Positions 1 to 7,600 of a stretch of DNA of 63,376 nt are shown one piece after another. The translations under genes and the position numbers were made by a program. Numbering within the stretch: position 1 is the first letter of the stretch; each line of letters starts with the position of its first letter. Source of the stretch: an uncultured Desulfurellales bacterium (lineage in GTDB: Bacteria > Campylobacterota_A > Desulfurellia > Desulfurellales > CAZERD01); the NCBI GenBank assembly GCA_964515405.1, contig CAZERD010000003.1, positions 1-63,376 of the forward strand. The letters run 5' to 3'. Below the pieces are notes generated by a model, which searched no databases, was not told where the DNA came from, and worked only from the letters and a program-made list of their open reading frames with translations.

Positions 1-222
1 CTATAAATACTCACATCCTCAATATCGGCTGGCACGTTGCACTATTCCCGTTACTGAAGGGAATTACGACCTCTTGGAGCGGACCTCGAGGATGGTAGAC
101 ACGGCCGCCCCGGTTGCACTATTCCCGTTACTGAAGGGAATTACGACGGGGGGCTTGATCGTGGTCAAGTCCCCCGATGCTGAGAAAGTTGCACTATTCC
201 CGTTACTGAAGGGAGCTATTTG
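1..222 (+). CRISPR. Trailer-proximal end of a CRISPR array that continues upstream of the window. Repeats at 36-70, 113-147 and 188-222 (degenerate). Spacers at 71-112 (42 nt) and 148-187 (40 nt), plus a partial spacer at 1-35.
   Basis: The 35-nt unit GTTGCACTATTCCCGTTACTGAAGGGAATTACGAC is identical at 36-70 and 113-147. It has an internal 6-bp stem ATTCCC/GGGAAT. Spacers are unique and of regular length. Confidence 0.9.
188..222 (+). repeat. Degenerate terminal CRISPR repeat
   Basis: The first 27 nt match the consensus. The last 8 nt read GCTATTTG instead of ATTACGAC (2/8 identical). Decay of the last repeat is typical of the leader-distal end of an array. Confidence 0.8.
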
Positions 223-1713
223 GGAGAATCAGCTTAAAATACCTCCCATTGATATAAAACCACGCAAATCTCGCGTGAAACAGGTCATAATAGCGCTCCT
301 AGTCTCGCCAGGTTTGACCAAGAAACAAAGAATGCAGCCATACCTACCCTCTATACACGGGAGGAAATAGAAATGAAAAAATATAGGAATAAAGAACACT
401 AAATAAAGAATACTACAACATCTTCCATTCTATTATCGACAATTTCTACAACCCCCAACAAATCATCACCATATACTCCGAAAAATCCAGAGAAGCTCAA
501 ATACCGCTCCCCAAACATATAAGAAAAAGAAGAATCGGTAGTCAATTTATTCAAAGGCGAAGAAGGCAAAATAGCGAAGAGGAAACAAGCTCCTACGACA
601 AATAATACTATCGCGCATAGAAAATCAGAAATAAAATAGATGCTCCTCAAAGAATTTTCAGAATATATGATATCAAACTCCCCTAAAGCCTCGGTAAAAA
701 CAATCCACCACTGATCAGAAAAATCTTAAACAATATAGAAGAACTGCAAAAAACACCCAAAATTTCGTCATCCACAAATACCCTTCTGGAACGTGAAAAG
801 TTACCTAAAAATACCATCCCACCATATTTTATTTAAGGATCTCCAATTTCTCCGGAGTGTCTACAAAAGGCTGTGCCTTCTCAACGCGACCACACTGTTA
901 AACGAAGCTACTAGATTGCTAAGTGTGGAGCACCCAAAAGCCTAGACGAAACAGCGCATAGAAAACTACCAATCGCATAAAACCCACTTAGCGAACATAC
1001 AAAGTAGACCACCAATTAAAACTCCCGATAAAACAGAGATTCAACTTTCGGCACTTCTCTCCGGAAGAGGTAAAAGAAAATCCCAACACCAATCAACCCT
1101 CAAAGAGAATAGAAGAACAACTCAAACACAAGTGTACACCAGATAACCAGCACAAAATGAAATCGCAAGACATCAAGGAAAACTAAATACTTCAAACTAA
1201 AGAAGGAAAGAAAAGCTAATATCTAAAAGACATGGTTACCTCATCTAAAAAGTCAGTTCCTTCACTCACATCAAACGAACCTGAAACAAACAAAATCTCT
1301 CGATTAATAAACGAACTAAAGGACTCAAACTTCCTTAAAACGCTCAAAAATTAGAAAGTGAAGAACTCCCCACAAAGTTAACCACAAGGAAAATCACAGT
1401 AAAAAAGAAGTAAAAGACCTGATTTTTCTAAAACTCCAGTTTTTTGAAGAAAAAACAAAAAACTCAAAGAACTAATTGGAAGAACAGAAAAACCTAAAAA
1501 AACAACTTGGCTCAAACCAACACAGACACAGGAGGACCGTTCAAAGAAATAGAAAAAATAAAGAACTATCACGAAAAACTCGAGGAAACAGAAAAATCCA
1601 TCCTGAGCCAAACCACATGAACCATATCCATCAATATTATACACATCACATGTCAGTTTTTCAGCACAACTATCGTTAATAGTTATAAAACCTTATCTCA
1701 AGGAGGCGTAAAA
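223..1713. other. ORF-free, strongly G-depleted (A/C-rich on the + strand) non-coding tract downstream of the CRISPR array
   Basis: The only ORFs of 60 aa or more (399-650 minus, 1378-1644 minus, 1476-1679 plus) are low-complexity with no Shine-Dalgarno; 650-1378 has none in any frame. Hand count of 1081-1200: A60 C31 G13 T16. A control intergenic stretch, 2641-2760, gave A44 C23 G28 T25. Confidence 0.8.
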
Positions 1714-2574
1714 ATGCCATTGAAGGATCTGAAAAAAGGGATTTTATTTTTAGCTGTGCTGGAGACACTGGTATTTTTAACCGTACCCGTTCATGCTTCT
1801 TCATCGACGGCAACAAGCAACGTTCCAGGCTACAGGCTCTCCGTTGGCTATACAGGATACTCGTTCCACTACAAGGAGGACACGACCCCATCAGACAAGG
1901 ACACAGCATGGATGAATGGCGTGTTCATCACTGGAGAGACCATATCAAAACACAGGTTGTCTCTGGGTCACTTCTACAATTTCACAAGGATCGCATTTTC
2001 GGAATCAAACGGCAGGTACAACGGTTATCTCCAAACCGGAACCGGTGTTTACCTGCCTATAACTTCAGACACGAACGAGAAGATACTCAGAGTTGACGCT
2101 GGAACAGGCTTCGCCCAGATACAAAAACATCTCGTGACAAAAGAATCCCTTGTGCTCGGCATCAGGTTCTGGAAGAGAAAACTGGAAGGAATAGGTGGAT
2201 ACACGGAAGACTACAGAAACCTGTTTCTAGGATTGAAGTTTGAAACGGATTACTATTTCTCAAAGCACTTCTCTACGGGTATATCAGCTCTCGGAGCGGT
2301 CTCACCAAAGGCCAAATCCATCAACTTTATGTACAACGAAAAGTTTGACACCGTATTCCCAATGGGAACGGCTTATACATGGACCTTGACTCTACCCATA
2401 AAGTACAAAATAGGCCATCTCACTCTTGGGGTCGAAGGATTTTATACGGGGTGGAAATTCCACAAGTCGGAAAAGAAGACAGTAGTTACATCAAGCGGAA
2501 CGTACACAATGTGGGAGCCATCCAGCAGAACCGAGGAAACCGGGATTAACTTAGAGTTTTCACTGAGGTTTTAA
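1714..2574 (+). CDS. Putative outer-membrane beta-barrel protein, family not recognised
   Basis: AAGGAGG lies upstream of the ATG. N-terminal signal peptide (LTVPVHA/SSS). Alternating hydrophobic/aromatic strand pattern rich in Y/G/T. C-terminal EFSLRF with a terminal Phe, as in BAM substrates. Confidence 0.6.
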   Translation: MPLKDLKKGILFLAVLETLVFLTVPVHASSSTATSNVPGYRLSVGYTGYSFHYKEDTTPSDKDTAWMNGVFITGETISKHRLSLGHFYNFTRIAFSESNGRYNGYLQTGTGVYLPITSDTNEKILRVDAGTGFAQIQKHLVTKESLVLGIRFWKRKLEGIGGYTEDYRNLFLGLKFETDYYFSKHFSTGISALGAVSPKAKSINFMYNEKFDTVFPMGTAYTWTLTLPIKYKIGHLTLGVEGFYTGWKFHKSEKKTVVTSSGTYTMWEPSSRTEETGINLEFSLRF

Positions 2575-2904
2575 TAAGGAGAACCGTTTATGAGAAGGCT
2601 GGCTTTCGTAAACTTGATGCTTCTTGGAATGAGAAGGTCAGCCCTGTTCTAAGGATAATATTAGAAACACCGACAGAAAGAACCAAGCGTGTGGTAGATG
2701 TTACACTGATTAATGCAAGAACACTCTGTCCTGAGGAAATTTGAGGCCGAAAGAAAGCCACCCACGAACACCATCTTCTCTAGTATATTGTGTCAGACCG
2801 TAGAAAAAGCCACAGAAGAATAGCGAAATACCTTAAGAAAAATATGTAATCCACGAGGCTGTCCTCTGGAGCGGTTATCATCTACCGCCACCTGGAAAAT
2901 ACTC

Positions 2905-2935
2905 TTGACACAACCGGACAATTTATTTATATATT
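2905..2935 (+). promoter_or_regulatory. Candidate sigma70-type promoter for the MarR-like regulator / hut operon
   Basis: TTGACA at 2905-2910, a 17-nt spacer, then TATATA at 2928-2933, about 35 nt upstream of the ATG at 2968. Confidence 0.4.
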
Positions 2936-2967
2936 TTAGAGCTTAGTTAAGTATTAAAGGAAAAGGT

Positions 2968-3885
2968 ATGTCAATATTTGAGCTCTCAAAGGAACTGATA
3001 TTCGGAACAAGGCTAAGAAGACTCAGCGAGAGGTTCTTATCCGATGTAGCCTTCATATATAAGGAGAGGGGGATCCCATTTGAACCATCATGGTTTCCCA
3101 TATTTTTCCTTCTTGACAGATACGGGAAAATGAGCGTAAGCGACATAGCAAACGAACTAGACATAACCCAATCCGGCGCCAGCCAGATGGTCTCTCTACT
3201 TGAAAGAAAAGGGCTTGTTGAGACAACACACGATGGCACAGACAAAAGGATGAGGTATATATCCTTCACAAGGGAAGGCATTGAACTATTAAGAAGTGTA
3301 AAACCTGTGTGGAAAATAATAAAAGCAAAGATGAAAGAAATGCTGGAAGAGGGTGAAAACAGTAAATATTTCCTTGAAGCACTGAGCGAGATTGAATCCT
3401 CCTTCAAAAGACAGAGTCTCTCAGACAGGGTGTTGGACATACTGAACAAAAGCACATTCTCCATAGCAACGTACAATGAAACCCTGTACGGAGAGCTGAA
3501 AAGATTATTCTTCATGTGGCTCATGAACTATGGAGCAGAATCACTAAAGCTCGTAAATGAATTCCATACCATCGTAAGAAAAAACAAAAAAGGTATAATA
3601 ACAGCAACAGAGGGCAAAGAACTCCTTGGAGCATTGATACCCGTTGAGGAAAGCTCAGAGCTTAAGGTTTTCCTATGCGACAGAGATGATGTAGACAATA
3701 GTGTCTGTGCATCTCTCATCGGCGAATTCCTGAAGTCCTTGAGAAAAAGCAACAAGAAAATACACGTATACTTTGACGGAGACAAAATAGGTGTAAGCTA
3801 TTTGCTCGAAGAAAATGGTTTCCAGAAAACACAGAATAGGGAATTTGTTGATGTCGACAAAAGGCTCGCAGTATTCTCACGATAG
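2968..3885 (+). CDS. MarR-family winged-helix regulator fused to a GNAT-like C-terminal domain
   Basis: The N-terminal half has a MarR wHTH (MSVSDIANELDITQSGASQMVSLLERKGLV, TREG). The C-terminal ~150 aa looks like a GNAT fold but has no clear Q/RxxGxG/A acetyl-CoA motif. The gene sits directly upstream of hutH and overlaps it. Confidence 0.6.
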   Translation: MSIFELSKELIFGTRLRRLSERFLSDVAFIYKERGIPFEPSWFPIFFLLDRYGKMSVSDIANELDITQSGASQMVSLLERKGLVETTHDGTDKRMRYISFTREGIELLRSVKPVWKIIKAKMKEMLEEGENSKYFLEALSEIESSFKRQSLSDRVLDILNKSTFSIATYNETLYGELKRLFFMWLMNYGAESLKLVNEFHTIVRKNKKGIITATEGKELLGALIPVEESSELKVFLCDRDDVDNSVCASLIGEFLKSLRKSNKKIHVYFDGDKIGVSYLLEENGFQKTQNREFVDVDKRLAVFSR

Positions 3886-5428
3886 GCCGGAGTTTCGCTA
3901 CGGGATAGATAAACTTACACCTGGACTGGCTCTTGATATAGCAAGAGGAAAAACAAAGGCAACAATATCACCCCAAGCCGTGGAGAAAATAGAAAAATCA
4001 TTTGCAAACACAAAAAAATTGGCAACCTCCAGTAGACCAATATACGGCATAAACACTGGGTTTGGACCATTATGCAGAACAATAATATCGAAAGAAGAAA
4101 CCAAAACCCTACAGTACAATCTCATCAGGAGCCATAGCTGTGGAACAGGTGAGTTAGTATCCCCCGAAATTGTAAAACTCATGATTGTGACAAAAATACA
4201 CTCCCTGTGCATAGGATACTCAGGTGTCTCCTTGGAAACACTCAAAAGACTCCAATGGCATATGGAGAACAACATAATACCCGTGATATATACCCAGGGC
4301 TCCGTAGGGGCATCAGGAGATCTCGTACCACTGGCACACATGATATTGCCGTTAATAGGGGAAGGAAGCGTACTGTTTAAAGGTAAAATATACCCATCCA
4401 TGGAGATACTGAAAAGGTTTAACCTTAAACCCATTGAATTACATCCAAAAGAAGGATTGGCCCTGATAAATGGAACTCAGTTTACCCTGGCGCTTGCCAT
4501 AACTGGGATCTCAAAGCTGTTTAACTGTTTGGAAAACGCTGACCTTATATCATCAATCACCGTTGACGCCTTAAAAGGCTCCTTACAGCCTTTTGACGAG
4601 AGGTTACACAGTCTAAGACCCCACGCTGGCAGCATCCACGTTGCCAGAAAGATAAGAGTAATTCTCTCTGGCTCAGAGATCCTGAAATCCCATGAGAACT
4701 GCGAAAAGGTACAAGACCCTTACTCCATTAGATGCATCCCACAAGTACACGGAGCAGCGTGGGATGCATTCAAACACCTCAAGGAAACACTCACTATAGA
4801 ACTGAACTCCGTAACAGACAATCCTATCATCTTTGATGAGCAAACAGCCATAAGCGGCGGTAATTTCCACGGGGAACCAATAGCCTTACCAATAGACTAC
4901 GCCACACTATCAGCCATAGAGATAGGCAATATCTCAGATCGCAGAAGCTATCTGCTCCTCGCAGGAGACGAAGAACTACCTCCTCTACTCTCAAAGAATC
5001 CAGGGCTTAACTCCGGCTTCATGATAGCTCAATATACCTCAGCCGCCATATCAAGCGAAAACAAAACGCTCGGATTTCCACCGTCAGTAGACTCAGTTCC
5101 AACAGCACTGGGACAAGAAGACCACGTAAGTATGGGTTCTATATCCGCTCTTAAGTTGAATAGAATAACAGATAACCTTTCAAAGATACTCTCTGTGGAA
5201 TTATTGCTCTCCGCTCAAGCCCTAGATTTTAGAAAACCACTGAGGTCCTCATCTATCATTGAGGGATGCATGGAAATAATCCGCGATGTCATACCACACA
5301 TAGAGCAGGATGAAACCCTGTATAGACACATACAAACAGCAAACAAATTGATAAATGAAGGAAAATTGTTGGAAAAGGCAAGTACTTTAGGGCTCACAGT
5401 GGAAGGAAACGAATTTAGGTTATATTGA
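3851..5428 (+). CDS. hutH: Histidine ammonia-lyase
   Basis: YGINTGFGPL and the MIO-forming GSVGASGDLVPLAH motif. Start chosen at ATG 3851 (AGGGA about 9 nt upstream) because the ORF-track start 3815 adds a non-conserved N-terminus. Confidence 0.9.
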   Translation: MSTKGSQYSHDRPEFRYGIDKLTPGLALDIARGKTKATISPQAVEKIEKSFANTKKLATSSRPIYGINTGFGPLCRTIISKEETKTLQYNLIRSHSCGTGELVSPEIVKLMIVTKIHSLCIGYSGVSLETLKRLQWHMENNIIPVIYTQGSVGASGDLVPLAHMILPLIGEGSVLFKGKIYPSMEILKRFNLKPIELHPKEGLALINGTQFTLALAITGISKLFNCLENADLISSITVDALKGSLQPFDERLHSLRPHAGSIHVARKIRVILSGSEILKSHENCEKVQDPYSIRCIPQVHGAAWDAFKHLKETLTIELNSVTDNPIIFDEQTAISGGNFHGEPIALPIDYATLSAIEIGNISDRRSYLLLAGDEELPPLLSKNPGLNSGFMIAQYTSAAISSENKTLGFPPSVDSVPTALGQEDHVSMGSISALKLNRITDNLSKILSVELLLSAQALDFRKPLRSSSIIEGCMEIIRDVIPHIEQDETLYRHIQTANKLINEGKLLEKASTLGLTVEGNEFRLY

Positions 5429-5437
5429 GGTGACCGT

Positions 5438-6412
5438 ATGAAGCAGGGATATAGACCACCAAGCCTAGCGTGGAAGGGAAGAACAGATGGTAACGAGGAA
5501 GAGCTCAAAAGATGGCATCAGGTAGTAGAACCCCTGGATCTAAACCACATCCCCAAAGTTTCAAATGGATTCTGCATCATTGGATTCAAAAGCGATCTTG
5601 GCATCCTGAGGAACAGAGGAAGGGTGGGAGCAGCCCGAGCCCCTGACACAATAAGAACCTATCTCGCCTCGCTACCTTGGCATTTTGCAGGAGAGCACCT
5701 ATACGATGCCGGAGATGTTATATGTATTGATAACCTTGAAAAAGCACAAGAAACCCTGTCGCAATGTGTAAGCACTGTACTTAACCATGGAATATTCCCG
5801 ATAATAATAGGCGGGGGACATGAGGTGGCCTTCGGTTCTGTGATGGGAGATACAAAACACCTAGGCGAGATGCCATCTATAGTAAACTTCGATGCCCACT
5901 TTGACATGAGGCCGTACACCAACGGCGCCACCTCAGGAACCTCATTCCGACAACTTGCTGATATATGTGAACAAAACGGCAACGATTTTCATTACATGTG
6001 CGTTGGAATACAGAAAAGCGGCAACACACTCAGCCTGTTCAAGGACGCAGCCACATATGGAGTCTCATACATTAACTCAGAAGAAACTCACCAATATAAC
6101 ATCTCCATACCAAAACTCAAAAGCTTTATTGATTCAGCAGAAGTAATCCATCTCACCATATGTATGGACGTGTTCTCACAAGCTATAGCACCGGGTGTCA
6201 GCGCTCCTCAACCGCTAGGTATAAACATTGAAACATTCATGCCATTATTCCACACAGTGCTCAACTCAAAAAAGGTAATAAGCTTTGATATAGCTGAGGT
6301 TTCCCCCCTGCTTGACATTGACAACAGAACATCAAGGCTTGCTGCCCACATTATCTTCGGGGTTTTGGATTCTATCTCTTCAAATCAAAACCATGAAAAG
6401 GAGGGGTTATGA
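5438..6412 (+). CDS. hutG: Formimidoylglutamase (arginase fold)
   Basis: Arginase-family metal motifs GGGHEVAFGS, NFDAHFDMRP and CMDVF. Located between hutH and hutU. Confidence 0.8.
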   Translation: MKQGYRPPSLAWKGRTDGNEEELKRWHQVVEPLDLNHIPKVSNGFCIIGFKSDLGILRNRGRVGAARAPDTIRTYLASLPWHFAGEHLYDAGDVICIDNLEKAQETLSQCVSTVLNHGIFPIIIGGGHEVAFGSVMGDTKHLGEMPSIVNFDAHFDMRPYTNGATSGTSFRQLADICEQNGNDFHYMCVGIQKSGNTLSLFKDAATYGVSYINSEETHQYNISIPKLKSFIDSAEVIHLTICMDVFSQAIAPGVSAPQPLGINIETFMPLFHTVLNSKKVISFDIAEVSPLLDIDNRTSRLAAHIIFGVLDSISSNQNHEKEGL

Positions 6413-7560
6413 GGCTAAGAGAATTTGTGATGGTTCTAGTTGCTGTTCTTTTATCAGCAAACATTTCATTCGCAGGTGGTATCGTAAAGATAGGGTTTTT
6501 CGCACCGTTAACGGGATTTGCAGCCGCCGATGGAACAAGTGCCGAACACGGAGCACTGCTTGCCGTTGAAAGAATAAACTCCCACGGCGGTATCAACGGA
6601 AAAACCCTGAAACTCGTCGTTTACGACGACGCAGCAAGCGCACAGCAGGCCGTCATGATAGCAAGAAAGCTCATCCAGGAAGATGGAGTAGTAGGAGTCG
6701 TGAGCGGCTCTTACAGTACACCCACAAGAGCGGCAGCACCCATATACCAAAGATATCACATTCCTCTTGTGGTAGCTTATGCAACACACCCAGCCATAAC
6801 AAAGGCCGGAAACTACATCTTCCGCGTTGGGTTTCTAGCCACAGTTGAAGGGGCAGCAGGCGGGTATGTGGCCGTGAAAATGCTACACAAGAAACACATA
6901 GCGGTACTTACCATGGATAACGATTTCGGAAGAGCCCTCTCAAAAGGATTTATAAGCGAGGTGAAAAAACTCGGTGGAAAAATTATCGCGCAGATGACAT
7001 TTGCACTTGGTGCTAAAGACTTCAGACCCCTTCTAACAAAGATTAAAGAGCTGCATCCTGATCTCATATATTCAACCGGCTATTATTCGGAGGGCGCTTT
7101 AACAGTCAGACAAGCAAAAACACTCGGTGTTAAAGCAACCATACTGGGACAGGAAGGTTTTGACTCGCCCATGTTCTTAAAGATAGCTCAGTCCGCGGCA
7201 AACGGCACCATAATAACTACAGACCTAAACAGAGATGACAAAAGACCTATAGCAAAGTGGTTCATTACGGAGTACAGAAAGAAATACCACATGGAACCTG
7301 ACATGGTAGGAGCCTCTTCATTTGATGCTGTATATGTGCTAGCGGAAGCTATCAAGAGAGCTGGCTCCACAAATCCATCCAAGATAAGAAAGGCACTGGC
7401 CAGCACCAAGGACTTCAACGGGGTCACTGGATTTATCAAGGGATTCAACAAACTAGGGGAAGTTGTAAAACCTGTGCAGGTTCAAAAGGTGGTAGACGAG
7501 CATTTTACATATTTCGGTGTCGTAACAGATCCATCCATAATAACACCACCCAGCAAATAA
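6409..7560 (+). CDS. ABC transporter periplasmic substrate-binding protein, Leu/Ile/Val-binding (HAAT) family
   Basis: Signal peptide MVLVAVLLSANISFAG. Typical LivK-like IGFFAPLTGFAAADG, ING and VVGVVSG segments. ATGA start/stop overlap with hutG. Confidence 0.8.
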   Translation: MRLREFVMVLVAVLLSANISFAGGIVKIGFFAPLTGFAAADGTSAEHGALLAVERINSHGGINGKTLKLVVYDDAASAQQAVMIARKLIQEDGVVGVVSGSYSTPTRAAAPIYQRYHIPLVVAYATHPAITKAGNYIFRVGFLATVEGAAGGYVAVKMLHKKHIAVLTMDNDFGRALSKGFISEVKKLGGKIIAQMTFALGAKDFRPLLTKIKELHPDLIYSTGYYSEGALTVRQAKTLGVKATILGQEGFDSPMFLKIAQSAANGTIITTDLNRDDKRPIAKWFITEYRKKYHMEPDMVGASSFDAVYVLAEAIKRAGSTNPSKIRKALASTKDFNGVTGFIKGFNKLGEVVKPVQVQKVVDEHFTYFGVVTDPSIITPPSK

Positions 7561-7600
7561 AGGAGGGGAGATCCCCTCCCATCGATGCAAGGAGGCAACA

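Noticed and set aside
74-370. 98-aa plus-strand ORF at the window start
   Set aside because: It reads straight through CRISPR repeats 2 and 3, and the repeated VALFPLLKG peptide is just the translated repeat. It is an artefact of the array.
399-650. 83-aa minus-strand ORF with a hydrophobic N-terminus inside the G-poor tract
   Set aside because: It has a TTG start with no Shine-Dalgarno. Its F/L/V-rich composition is what a G/T-rich strand yields by chance. I recognised no homology.
768-776. DnaA-box-like strings (TCATCCACA at 768-776, ATCCAC variants at about 703, 36361 and 36654) suggesting oriC in the G-poor tracts
   Set aside because: There are only a few one- or two-mismatch hits, about what the A/C-rich composition predicts. 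There is no cluster, no AT-rich unwinding repeats and no dnaA/dnaN nearby.
1252-1269. Possible anti-repeat (tracrRNA-like) segment GTCAGTTCCTTCACTCAC, resembling the reverse complement of the CRISPR repeat
   Set aside because: The match is gapped and about 14/21, which is plausible by chance in 1.5 kb. The repeat type (Cas6-style stem and 8-nt handle) does not use a tracrRNA.
1378-1679. Overlapping ORFs at 1378-1644 (minus) and 1476-1679 (plus)
   Set aside because: Both are low-complexity (F/L-rich and K/N/R/H-rich respectively), lack ribosome-binding sites, and lie on opposite strands of the same skewed DNA. They are composition-driven.
3815-3850. Upstream ATG (3815) as the hutH start
   Set aside because: It adds 12 non-conserved residues and lengthens the overlap with the regulator gene. 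ATG 3851 has an AGGGA Shine-Dalgarno. This remains uncertain without homolog alignment.
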